A stretch of DNA of 64,000 bases, taken from Candidatus Hydrogenedentota bacterium (GTDB lineage: Bacteria > Hydrogenedentota > Hydrogenedentia > Hydrogenedentales > SLHB01). Where the stretch lies: positions 32,001-96,000 of the forward strand of contig CAXXYE010000007.1 of NCBI GenBank assembly GCA_963674865.2, in the 5' to 3' direction. How positions within the stretch are numbered: position 1 is the first letter of the stretch; each line of letters opens with the position of its first letter. The position numbers and the translations under genes are program-made. The notes below the pieces were generated by a model. That model saw only the letters and a list, made by a program, of their open reading frames with translations. It was not told the origin of the DNA and ran no database searches. Positions 46,457 through 55,944 of this stretch are shown here, piece by piece.

Positions 46457-48730
46457 ATGGAGTCGGCCGAACGAGTCCGTCAGGTCGAAGAGGCGCTCAA
46501 CAACCTTGTCGTGGCTCGTAAGTGTATCCAAGTCTACCCGTCCAACAATCCCAGCATCGGACAAGCACTCGACAAACTGATCCTTTCTCTGAGTGCGTTC
46601 TTCTCGCCCGGGCCGGCCCCGGCCGAGCCACTGAGTGAGCTATCTCTTCATATCGAGCGCGATGTGCTCTATTGGGGCGGCGAAGAGATCGCAACAAAGA
46701 ATGACGCCGTGCGGAAGTTCGCTCGGGAGATGTATCGAAACGGCGTTTCGGCGATGAGCTTCTCGCCGGGCGGCACCTCGGACGAGTTGCGCGAGTTTCT
46801 CCAAGCAGCAAGCACGCGCCCGGGAGAGCCGGGGAAGACGCAGGACCTTGTTGAAACGATCACCGCCCTCGGCTTCGAGCACGTTCGCGTGGAGGGGGCG
46901 GAACTCCTCGACCTCCACGAGAGTGATAAGCCACCGGATGAATCCGACATGTTGGACTACATCCGAAGGAAGCACGGCAGCGGCCAGGGAACACACGGAG
47001 GTGGGGGCGAGGCCGGTGTTGTGGCCGCCGAAGGGGATGGAGACCTCGTCGAGGCGTCGGATCTTGTCGATTTCTTCCTGGATATTGCGGACGGTTCCCA
47101 GGAGGCGCGGGAGCGGCTCTTCAGGACGCTGGACAATCCCGGCAGGATAGCTGAGACCTTGGAGCGAATCGCCCATTCGGACGCGCGGCAACGCCATCGA
47201 CAAGGCGATGATGCCTCGCTCACGATGCTGCAAGACACGCTCAAACATATCGCCGATAGCTTGCGCACGCTACCGGCCGATGCGCGCGAAGCCTATGTCC
47301 AAAACGTCGGTAAGGCGCTGGCCCGGGAGGATAATGCGGAATTAGCCAAGGAGGCCAGCACGGCCTTGTTGGCCAATCCTCTAGCGGGCGACTTGGAAGA
47401 GCAGATACTCGGCTCCTTTTCGGACACGGACGTCGCGCAAATCCTTACGAGCTCCGTTAGGTTTCACGAGGGGACTGAGAAGACGATCACCAATTTCCTT
47501 GAGGATTTCACCAAGGACCCTTCTCGGCGGCATGTCATTACGCAGATTGTGGCGCACAAGCTGAGTGAAGCCGGCGATGAGCGGCTTGTGGCTGTTTCAC
47601 GGGAATTGGCCGTGAGTTCCGCCCCCCCGCCGCCGGTTGGCGCCGAAGCCGCGTTGAAACGCGACGCGCAGTACGTGCCCCTGAAGGCCTACGAGAAGCT
47701 GGTGCGCGAGTTGGCGTTCGCGGAAAGCGAACTGATCGAGCTGTCCGGCAATGTCGAGAGCGACGCCAGGGAGGTTAGCCTTCCCCATGCCCTCCAAGCG
47801 ATGCTGAATACGTATGCCTACGAAGTCGTCGAGGATATTCCTCACACCTCTCTATCGATATTGGATGATCTGCTGGCAAATGCCCTGAAGCAAGAGCGCC
47901 ACGCACTGGTTGTCTCAGCCGTAACCTGGGCCGAGGAGGAGTTGCCCGAGGCAGCCCGAGAGCAGATGCGGAAGGACCTAACGGCAACCGTCGAGGAATT
48001 CTGCTCGTCCGAGCGGCTCGAACGCACTATCGGCTTGCTGCGACGGGCGAGCAAGAACTCGCCGGAGTACGCGCAATTCCTTCGCGTCTCCCGTTTCTTT
48101 GGTGAGGGCCTGGCGGAGGGCCTTCTTGCAAAACTGGTGGATGAGGACAATCGTTCCACACGGCTTTTCCTGACGGGCATGATGGCTGACATAGGCGAAA
48201 CCTGTGTTCCGGCGCTGCTGCGGAACGTAACACATCCGGCGTGGTACGTGGTCCGCAATGTCGTTAACGTGCTGGGCAAGATCCGCTCCGAGAAGGCCAT
48301 GGACGCCCTTCGCGCCGCGATGGAGCACGAGGACGCCCGCGTGCGGCGTGAAGTCCTGAGTGCGTTGGCCGCCCTTAGGACGGAAGAGGCCGAGCGTCTG
48401 CTGATACAGTGTCTTGACGATCCCGATGTGGATAACAGGAAGCATGCGACGGACTGGCTTGCGAATATCGGGGCCGTTCAGGCCGTGCCGGCGCTGCAGG
48501 ATCTGTTGACACGGCGCCCGAAGGAACTGCGCAAGCACCGGGAATGGGGCGTCAGCACGATCAAGGCCCTCGGGAAGCTCGGAGGCGAGGATGCTGCCGA
48601 GGCCTTGCGGGCCTACTTGAAGCAAGATAATCGCCTCCTGGCGCTGTTCTGGAAGAACCCGTTGACGGCGGCGTGCCGCGAGGCCATCGCCGAAATCGAG
48701 AAGCGCGTCGCTCGGGGCGCGAGGGAATGA
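46457..48730 (+). CDS. HEAT-repeat protein
   Basis: C-terminal PBS-lyase/HEAT repeats (WYVVRNVVNVLGKI, HEDARVRREVLSAL). Confidence 0.85.
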   Translation: MESAERVRQVEEALNNLVVARKCIQVYPSNNPSIGQALDKLILSLSAFFSPGPAPAEPLSELSLHIERDVLYWGGEEIATKNDAVRKFAREMYRNGVSAMSFSPGGTSDELREFLQAASTRPGEPGKTQDLVETITALGFEHVRVEGAELLDLHESDKPPDESDMLDYIRRKHGSGQGTHGGGGEAGVVAAEGDGDLVEASDLVDFFLDIADGSQEARERLFRTLDNPGRIAETLERIAHSDARQRHRQGDDASLTMLQDTLKHIADSLRTLPADAREAYVQNVGKALAREDNAELAKEASTALLANPLAGDLEEQILGSFSDTDVAQILTSSVRFHEGTEKTITNFLEDFTKDPSRRHVITQIVAHKLSEAGDERLVAVSRELAVSSAPPPPVGAEAALKRDAQYVPLKAYEKLVRELAFAESELIELSGNVESDAREVSLPHALQAMLNTYAYEVVEDIPHTSLSILDDLLANALKQERHALVVSAVTWAEEELPEAAREQMRKDLTATVEEFCSSERLERTIGLLRRASKNSPEYAQFLRVSRFFGEGLAEGLLAKLVDEDNRSTRLFLTGMMADIGETCVPALLRNVTHPAWYVVRNVVNVLGKIRSEKAMDALRAAMEHEDARVRREVLSALAALRTEEAERLLIQCLDDPDVDNRKHATDWLANIGAVQAVPALQDLLTRRPKELRKHREWGVSTIKALGKLGGEDAAEALRAYLKQDNRLLALFWKNPLTAACREAIAEIEKRVARGARE

Positions 48731-48733
48731 AGG

Positions 48734-50128
48734 ATGGCAACGCTTCCGGCTGAGTTGATGACGGATGTTCCCAAGCTGGTGGCTCATTTCCACGGCGCCA
48801 GAAAGAAGGCCCGTATCTTTCCGCCCACCCACGCCTACGTGGCCGAGTCCGTCCAGGAGTTGATGACGGTGCTCGAGCGTTTCCTGGAGCAGTGTAGTTC
48901 CGTCACCTTGTCCATAACGGGAAAGCAACTCTACCTGGAAGGCCGCTTGTTGGCGGACGAGAGTCTGGCGTACGGCGACCTCATCGATGAACTCCTCGAA
49001 CGTGATCTCGCCAGCGTCACCTTTCACGCCGGCGTCTCTTTGGAGGAGTTGACGTCCTTTGTGAACCTGTCGAACGCCAAGCCGGAGGCCATCAGCAAAT
49101 GGAGCGGCTGGGAGGACATGCTCCGGGAAGACGGCATCCGGCAGATCGCCGTCGGGCGTCTCGTGGCGTTGCCCGGCGCCGAAGACGGCGATGGCGGCGG
49201 CCAGAAGGTCGGCATATCGAGGGAGCTTTACCGCTCTGCGCTCGAGGCGGTTGTGGCGGCGTTCATGGACGCCCGCGGACAGCGGACGCTGAACGTGGAC
49301 ATGATCCAGGATGTGGTGAAGCTCCTGGTGGCGAGCGTCATGGAAGACGAGGCCATGTTGCTGGGCCTGAGTACGCTGAAGAATCTTGACGAATACACCT
49401 TCTATCATTCGGTGAATGTGGCAATCCTGGCGCTGCTCATGGGCTCCAAACTCAATCTCAATAGCGCCACCATGTACAATCTCGGCGTGGCGGCCATCCT
49501 GCACGATATCGGCAAGATCCGCATCCCCGAAGAGATTATCAACAAGCCCGGCGCGCTGACGGATGAAGAGTACAGAATCATGCAGAAGCATCCTCTCGAG
49601 GGCGTCACCATCCTGGCGCAGCAGAAGCACCTCGGGGAGCTAGCGTTCGTCGTAGCCGCCGAGCATCATGCCCATTTCGACCTGACCGGCTATCCGAGGT
49701 ACTCCCGGCTCGATCGGCTTCACCAACTGAGCAATCTAGTCTCGGTTGTCGACGTGTACGACGCCCTGACCTCCGACCGCAGCTATCGGAGAGCCATGTT
49801 GCCCGACCAGGCTATGCAACTCCTTCTGAACGGCCGCGGCTCGCAGTTCCATCCGTCCTTGACCAAAGTCTTTGCCCACCTGGCGGGGCTTTTTCCCGTG
49901 GGCACGGTGGTGGAGTTGGACTCGGGCGAGTGCGCCGTGGTTTGCCACCCGAACGTCGACGATCTGTGCCGGCCTCAAGTGCTCCTTGTGCCGGAGCAAG
50001 GCCGCGAGGCGGGGCCGGGGCCGCTCGTGGACCTCACGGAGCGCCTCCCGGAAGACGGCTTCCGCCGCTCCATCGTGAAGTCCATCGACCCGGACGAGAT
50101 CGGCGTCGACGTGTCACAGTACGTATGA
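48734..50128 (+). CDS. HD-GYP domain phosphodiesterase
   Basis: DEYTFYHSVNVA, LHDIGK, HP, EHH...GYP and DVYDALTSDRSYR motifs. Confidence 0.92.
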   Translation: MATLPAELMTDVPKLVAHFHGARKKARIFPPTHAYVAESVQELMTVLERFLEQCSSVTLSITGKQLYLEGRLLADESLAYGDLIDELLERDLASVTFHAGVSLEELTSFVNLSNAKPEAISKWSGWEDMLREDGIRQIAVGRLVALPGAEDGDGGGQKVGISRELYRSALEAVVAAFMDARGQRTLNVDMIQDVVKLLVASVMEDEAMLLGLSTLKNLDEYTFYHSVNVAILALLMGSKLNLNSATMYNLGVAAILHDIGKIRIPEEIINKPGALTDEEYRIMQKHPLEGVTILAQQKHLGELAFVVAAEHHAHFDLTGYPRYSRLDRLHQLSNLVSVVDVYDALTSDRSYRRAMLPDQAMQLLLNGRGSQFHPSLTKVFAHLAGLFPVGTVVELDSGECAVVCHPNVDDLCRPQVLLVPEQGREAGPGPLVDLTERLPEDGFRRSIVKSIDPDEIGVDVSQYV

Positions 50129-50135
50129 CGGTTTC

Positions 50136-51914
50136 TCACGCCGTACGGGCGCCCGAATGCAGCGCCGCCTCGATGCGCCCCAGTAGTTGCCTGGCCCGCG
50201 CAGAGGCTGTGTGGTAGCGCCTCAAATGCTCGTGGCCGGAGGCGGCGATGGGGCGCGCTTCGTCCGGGTGGGCGGCGAAGTGAACAAGTTTGCTTTCGAG
50301 GTCTGGCAGATCGTCAAAGAATACCGCGGACACGCCGTCCTCGAAGTCATGGGGGATGCGGATGGGCGGGCGCTCCGCCAGTAGCATGCATCCATGAGCG
50401 GGCAACTCCCAGTAGCGCACCGTGTCAAAGCCGAGTCCGAATAGGCAGAGCCCTATTTCCGCTTCTGCCAGGGCCTTGACGTACTCCGCCTGCGAATAGA
50501 CGCGATTCAGGGGAAGCTCCGCCAGTCCCGCGGCTCGTTCGAGATAGAGGCGCCGCAATCCGAAGATGCGGCTCCCGGCCCAGAAACACCCTTGTCTACG
50601 CTCCCAGGCGATGTGCTCTGGAATACGCTCGTCGGGATAGCCGAATGGCAGGGGGTAGGTATTGGGGCCGTAGTCAACGCATGCCAGCATCTCGCGCTTG
50701 AAGTACGCCTGAAAGGCCGGGAGGCCGAGATACTCGAGCAGGACGTTCTGGTGATTGCCGCAGTCATCCCATGTGTCCACCAGGAAGAGCGGTGTCTCTC
50801 CGGCTGCGTCCATCAGTCTCCGGGCGTCCTGCCGACTCACATCTTGGAGCATGTCAGCGTATAGGACCACGTCATAGTCACCGCGCCGCAGTTCGGCCGT
50901 AACAGCATCAAGCGTTCGCGACTCGCCGGCATGGTTGAATACGCAGGGATAGGCCCCCGCGTCCTCCGGGCGCGCACCGTGCAGCGTTGGTTTCCATGGA
51001 TACTCGACGACGTGCTCATCCCCGAGCACGAGGCATAGGCCGTGGCACAGCGTGTCCATGCCGTAGTCGGAGTGACGGTGTGTCACGATGAGGATGCGCG
51101 GGCGCCATGTGCCGCTCCATTCGGGCGGGGGCGGCTCCGGTGTGCGGCGCACAGCCTCGGGACGGCATCGCAGGAGCCGCTGCGCTGCCTGCTCATCCGG
51201 TGCGGCGTGCTGAATGCTTCGTAGCAGCCGGGCGGCCATGTCGTCATTCCCGAGCAGCCGCCAGAACTCCGCCTGGCACTGGTAGACTTCTGATAGCTCC
51301 GGGAAAACGTAGACGGCCGTGTAGAATTCCTTCTGCGCGCGGAAGAAGCGCCCCGCCCTTCCCACATCGCCCGCGGCCCTGTCCCAGGCGTATAGCGATA
51401 ACTGCTTTTCCATGGCGATGGCCAGTTGTGCCTCGGGATTGTCGGCCCAACCGGATGGGATTCCGTCCAGGATGGTGTAGCTCACGTCGGGCCGCCCCGC
51501 CGCAAAGAGCCTGCGGGCGTGCTCCGCCGGGTCGTAGCCTTTGCGCACTGCTATCGCCCACCCAGCAGAGGATTCACCATACTGCGCCAGGGCGGCTTCC
51601 TCGATCATGCGCTCGCCCTCGCCGGCCGGCAGATACACGGCCCCGTCCCCGTGGAGGAGGGGCAGCGCAGCGCGCAGCGCCTCCGCGAGCCACTCCGCAA
51701 GCGGCGTCTCATCGCAGATGACGATGGCGTCGAAGTTCTCTAAGGCGGGAGAAGGTGCCTCGCCGGCCTTCCTCATGTAGCTCGCCGCGATCCCCCTTGC
51801 CTCTAGGCGTTCGGAAGGCCACGGCCCGGCGCCCAGACAAAGCACACGGCCCACGTATCCCGGCAGCGCGTCTACCCATGCGTGGAGCCCCGTGTCATCG
51901 CCCGATTTCGTCAT
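50136..51914 (-). CDS. Glycosyltransferase with C-terminal CgeB/Glyco_trans_1_2-like domain and degenerate N-terminal methyltransferase/TPR-like regions
   Basis: YFKRE, GLGFDTVRYWE, F.DG..AVFF and IA.SG.EHL.RYHT..ARA motifs. Confidence 0.75.
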   Translation of the reverse strand: MTKSGDDTGLHAWVDALPGYVGRVLCLGAGPWPSERLEARGIAASYMRKAGEAPSPALENFDAIVICDETPLAEWLAEALRAALPLLHGDGAVYLPAGEGERMIEEAALAQYGESSAGWAIAVRKGYDPAEHARRLFAAGRPDVSYTILDGIPSGWADNPEAQLAIAMEKQLSLYAWDRAAGDVGRAGRFFRAQKEFYTAVYVFPELSEVYQCQAEFWRLLGNDDMAARLLRSIQHAAPDEQAAQRLLRCRPEAVRRTPEPPPPEWSGTWRPRILIVTHRHSDYGMDTLCHGLCLVLGDEHVVEYPWKPTLHGARPEDAGAYPCVFNHAGESRTLDAVTAELRRGDYDVVLYADMLQDVSRQDARRLMDAAGETPLFLVDTWDDCGNHQNVLLEYLGLPAFQAYFKREMLACVDYGPNTYPLPFGYPDERIPEHIAWERRQGCFWAGSRIFGLRRLYLERAAGLAELPLNRVYSQAEYVKALAEAEIGLCLFGLGFDTVRYWELPAHGCMLLAERPPIRIPHDFEDGVSAVFFDDLPDLESKLVHFAAHPDEARPIAASGHEHLRRYHTASARARQLLGRIEAALHSGARTA

Positions 51915-52063
51915 CCATGCGCTCCCCAGAACTTGACGCGATGAAGCATCTTAACATAGCCGCCCAGCCTTGAGCGGAGGGTGCAAGAATGTGTAGCGCG
52001 ACTGCGATGGCCCGCGCGTCTGCGCCTTGCACCGCGGGTCGGGGGCGGATAGACTGTCTCCCC

Positions 52064-53536
52064 ATGGCGCTCAAACGACATACCGGGCCGCTATTCCTGG
52101 GCATTGACGCGGGCACGAGCGGCGTACGCGCTTGCGCGGTTACGCAACGCGGCGAGGTGGTAGGCCAGGCGTCCGTTGCCTTGGGCCCGGACGCGTCCAC
52201 GCGGGATGCCGAGCGCCATGAGCAATCGCCGCAGGCGTGGTGGCAGGCCGTTCAGGACGTCGTTACGTCACTCATGGCCCGCCTCTCCGCCGGGGGCTGT
52301 GCGTCCGACGCCGTGCAGGCCCTCGCGGTGGACGGCACCTCGGGCACCCTCGTCTGCCTGGACGGCCGCCATGAGCCGGTGCGGGCTGCCATCATGTACA
52401 ACGACCCCAGGGGGCTGGCCGAAGCGGACGAACTCAATGCCGCCGCGGGGTCGTTCTGCGAGGTCCTGGGCTACCGGTTCGCATCTTCCTACGCGCTGGC
52501 GAAGATCCTGTGGTTTTCACGCAACGAACCGGAGTTGTATGAGCGCACCGCCCGATTCGCCCATCAGGCGGACTACATTGTGGGCCGCCTCACCGGCATC
52601 TTCGATGTCTCGGATTACAGCAATGCCCTCAAGACGGGATATCACCTCATCGAGGAGCGGTGGCCGGAGTGGTTATCCAGCTTCTCCGGTGTCCTTGAAC
52701 GCCTGCCGCGCATTATCGCCCCCGCCACGCCGATTGGGCCGGTGGCCGATGGTGTGGCCGATGCCTTGGGATTGCCTCGCGGCTGTACGGTAGTGGCGGG
52801 CGCGAGCGATGGCACCGCGGCCTGCCTGGCCTCGGGGATCAGGCTGCCCGGCGACTACAACACCACCCTTGGCACGACGCTTGTCTTCAAGGGATTGTCA
52901 GAGCGGCTCTGCACCCATCCGGACGGCCTCGTTTACTCGCACAAACTGCCGGGCGGGCGCTGGCTGCCCGGCGCCGCAAGCAATACTGGCGGGGAGTGGG
53001 TTAATACGCTTTTTGCTGGGCAAGACGCCGCCGCGCTGGACGCCGCGGCCGCTAGCCTGCTTCCCAGTGCGCACGCGGCGTATCCGCTGATAGGTACCGG
53101 GGAGCGCTTCCCGTTTCTATGCACGGCCGCGGAGGGATTCTGCGTGCCCGAGGCACAAGATTCCGCGGCGCATTTCGCGGGCTGTCTCCAGGGGACGGCC
53201 TTTCTCGAACGCTTGGCCTATGACGTGCTGGATGGGATCACGGGCACGTCCGGCGGCGCTGTCTACAGCACCGGCGGTGGGAGTCGCAGCGCCGTGTGGA
53301 TGCAATGCCGAGCCGATGCCACGGGGCGCATTATCCACCGGCCGGCGTGTCCGGAATCCGCCTTTGGCAGTGCGGTTCTCGCGGCCAGTGGCGCACATTA
53401 CGGTGGACTCAGCGAAGCCATACGGAATATGGTGCACGTTGAGCGCTCTTTTGAGCCCGATACGGCCAAGAAGGGCCGATATGATGAAGTATACGGACGT
53501 TTTTGCGACGAATTGGAGCGACGCGCCTACCGATGA
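52064..53536 (+). CDS. FGGY-family carbohydrate kinase
   Basis: LGIDAGTSGVRA, AVDGTSGT, SDYSNALKTG, LGTTLVFK and TGGGSRS motifs. Confidence 0.9.
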   Translation: MALKRHTGPLFLGIDAGTSGVRACAVTQRGEVVGQASVALGPDASTRDAERHEQSPQAWWQAVQDVVTSLMARLSAGGCASDAVQALAVDGTSGTLVCLDGRHEPVRAAIMYNDPRGLAEADELNAAAGSFCEVLGYRFASSYALAKILWFSRNEPELYERTARFAHQADYIVGRLTGIFDVSDYSNALKTGYHLIEERWPEWLSSFSGVLERLPRIIAPATPIGPVADGVADALGLPRGCTVVAGASDGTAACLASGIRLPGDYNTTLGTTLVFKGLSERLCTHPDGLVYSHKLPGGRWLPGAASNTGGEWVNTLFAGQDAAALDAAAASLLPSAHAAYPLIGTGERFPFLCTAAEGFCVPEAQDSAAHFAGCLQGTAFLERLAYDVLDGITGTSGGAVYSTGGGSRSAVWMQCRADATGRIIHRPACPESAFGSAVLAASGAHYGGLSEAIRNMVHVERSFEPDTAKKGRYDEVYGRFCDELERRAYR

Positions 53537-54927
53537 GCATTTACAAATCCTGTGATATCCGCGGCCCCGTATCGGAACTCAGTCCGGAGCTATACAGGAA
53601 GTGGGGACGGATACTCGGCCGAAAACTAGATTCGGACGCGGTATTCATCGTGGGGGGCGACGTGCGCGAATCCACTCCCATGTTCTTGCAGATGCTCGCC
53701 GAGGGCCTTCTCGAAGCGGGCGCCGCCGTCGTCGACCTGGGCATTCAGCCAACGCCCATCGTCTATTTCGCAAAGCGCTACGCTCAGGCGACGGGGTGCG
53801 CCGCCGTGACGGCATCCCACGGCCCGCCGGACACGAATGGACTCAAGTGGATGATAGGCGATCTCCCTCCCACGGAAGGTGATGTTCGCGCCCTCCAGGA
53901 GGCGGCCGAGGTCGAGCCGGACGAGGCCCCCGACGATGCGGTGGAAGGCAGCCATATCGTCAATCACGTTGTTTCCGAGTACGAGGACTGGTTGTGGGAG
54001 CGTTGGGCGGCCGCACCGGATCCGCCGGGCCGCCGCGTCGTTATCGACCCGGGTAACGGCTGCTGGTCGGTACGCGCGCGCTACTACCTTGTCGATCTCT
54101 TCTCCAACCTGCGCCTGATGGCCCTGCATGATGAAGTGGACGGGGCCTTTCCCAGCCGGAGTCCCGATTGCGCGCGCCCGGAGCATCTCCATAAGCTGGC
54201 GGAGGCGGTGGTCCGCGAGAAGGCCCACCTGGGAATCGCTTTCGACGGCGATGGCGACCGCGTGGCCTTCGTCGACGAGACCGGCCATGTTCTACGTGCC
54301 GAGGAGGCGACCTGGATTCTGCTGCAAAGTTTCGCCGCGGAACTGTCGCGCCGGGAGTTCGTCTACGACCTGAAGTTCTCCGATCAAATGGCTGCTGCCG
54401 CGTCCGGCTTCGGGGCGAATGCCGTCGCGGAGCGCAGCGGACACACCTTCATTCGCTCCCGCATGATCCGCGACGGCGCCCTATTCGGGGCGGAGATCAG
54501 CGGCCACTACTTCTACGAGGAGCTTGGGGGAGGCGATGACGGCCTATTCACGGCCTGCCGCATGTTGAGCTTCCTCGCGGCGTCCGGCCGCTCCCTCGCC
54601 GAATGGCGCGGTGACTGCCCGGCCGTATACATGACGCCGGACCTCCGCGTTGCCGTCGAAGAGGGCGGCCAAGACGCTGTCATCGAGATGGTCGCGGCAG
54701 CCTTTCCCGAGCAGCCGCAGAGCCGAGTGGACGGCGTCCGTATCGATTTCCTGGATGGCTGGGCCCTTGTCCGAAGCTCGGTGACGGCACCCGAGATTAC
54801 CGTCCGCTTCGAGGGCCGCTCATCGGAGGCCCTTGGGCGCGTCGTTGACGTTTTCAGCGGCGCCACGGGCGCCTTTGGAGAGCGCGTTCGCAGCTTGTAT
54901 GAAACGCAGTCGAACACAGAAGTCTAA
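53533..54927 (+). CDS. Phosphomannomutase/phosphoglucomutase family protein
   Basis: DIRG, TASH, FDGDGDR and GAEISGHYF motifs; ATGA overlap with the kinase. Confidence 0.9.
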   Translation: MSIYKSCDIRGPVSELSPELYRKWGRILGRKLDSDAVFIVGGDVRESTPMFLQMLAEGLLEAGAAVVDLGIQPTPIVYFAKRYAQATGCAAVTASHGPPDTNGLKWMIGDLPPTEGDVRALQEAAEVEPDEAPDDAVEGSHIVNHVVSEYEDWLWERWAAAPDPPGRRVVIDPGNGCWSVRARYYLVDLFSNLRLMALHDEVDGAFPSRSPDCARPEHLHKLAEAVVREKAHLGIAFDGDGDRVAFVDETGHVLRAEEATWILLQSFAAELSRREFVYDLKFSDQMAAAASGFGANAVAERSGHTFIRSRMIRDGALFGAEISGHYFYEELGGGDDGLFTACRMLSFLAASGRSLAEWRGDCPAVYMTPDLRVAVEEGGQDAVIEMVAAAFPEQPQSRVDGVRIDFLDGWALVRSSVTAPEITVRFEGRSSEALGRVVDVFSGATGAFGERVRSLYETQSNTEV

Positions 54928-54944
54928 GTAAGGAATCTGAAATC

Positions 54945-55883
54945 ATGAGCAGTCCCAAGGACATGAAGTCCCCGCCACCCTTTCGGGGCATGATGCCTAT
55001 CATGCCGACGGCCATCACGCCGTCGGGCGAACTTGATGAGCCCAGCCAGCGCAAGCTCGTGCAGTACTGCCTGCAGTGCGGCGCCTGCGCTGTCGGGCAC
55101 TTCGGCTTCGCCTCCGAGTTTCACAAGATTTCGGATCGCCAACGCACCCGGCTGATCGAACTCATCGTCAATGAGGTGGCCGGGCGCGCGCCGGTGTTCA
55201 TCGGTGTTGCCGCGCCGGCCAATCACATCGCGGTCGAGTACGCACTCGAGGCGGAGCGCCTTGGAGCGGACATGATCATGGCCGCCATTCCTTATGTGAC
55301 GGTGCCCGACAGCGAGGGCGTCTATACGTATTATCGGGAGTTGTCCGATGCCGTGAGCCTACCGATCATTGTCCAGGACATCGGCCTGAGTTCATCGATT
55401 CTGACAGCCGAGTTCCTCCTGAAGATGTTCACGGAGATCGAGCACATCGACTACGTCAAAGCCGAAGGCACCAACTTCCTGGCGAAGACGGCCGATCTGC
55501 TTTCCTTATCCGACGGGAGAGTCCCCGTCATCGGTGGGGCCGGGGGAAAGCACCTGATCCACATGCTCCGGGCGGGCGTCACCTCCTTCATGACGGGCAC
55601 CGAGGCGCTCGATATTCACGCCGCCGTCGTCGCCGCTTACCTTGCAGGTGATGAAGACAAGGCCGCGGACATCTACTTCCAGCAATTGCTCCCTTACTTC
55701 ATGTTTTACAACGATCACTCGAACGAGTTGCTCAAGGCCATGCTCCACCGTCGCGGCGTTATGGACTGCCCGGACGTTATCCCGCCGCGTGCCCCGGGCC
55801 GAATGACGGATATCGAGGCACGGGAGTTCGAGTGGATACTCAAGCGGATTGGCTTCGACAAGAAGTGGCCGGACATTCCCTGA
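54945..55883 (+). CDS. DapA/NanA-family (DHDPS-like) class I aldolase/dehydratase
   Basis: PT...GELD, GFASEF, LPIIVQD and YVKAE (Schiff-base Lys) motifs. Confidence 0.85.
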   Translation: MSSPKDMKSPPPFRGMMPIMPTAITPSGELDEPSQRKLVQYCLQCGACAVGHFGFASEFHKISDRQRTRLIELIVNEVAGRAPVFIGVAAPANHIAVEYALEAERLGADMIMAAIPYVTVPDSEGVYTYYRELSDAVSLPIIVQDIGLSSSILTAEFLLKMFTEIEHIDYVKAEGTNFLAKTADLLSLSDGRVPVIGGAGGKHLIHMLRAGVTSFMTGTEALDIHAAVVAAYLAGDEDKAADIYFQQLLPYFMFYNDHSNELLKAMLHRRGVMDCPDVIPPRAPGRMTDIEAREFEWILKRIGFDKKWPDIP

Positions 55884-55944
55884 TGGGCCGGAGGCCGGCG
55901 CATCCCTCCTGCGAAATGCAGGAGTCCGGTGCTGCGCCAATGCC

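Noticed and set aside
47978..49630. 550-aa minus-strand ORF
   Set aside because: Antisense to the well-supported HEAT and HD-GYP genes; no recognisable domain.
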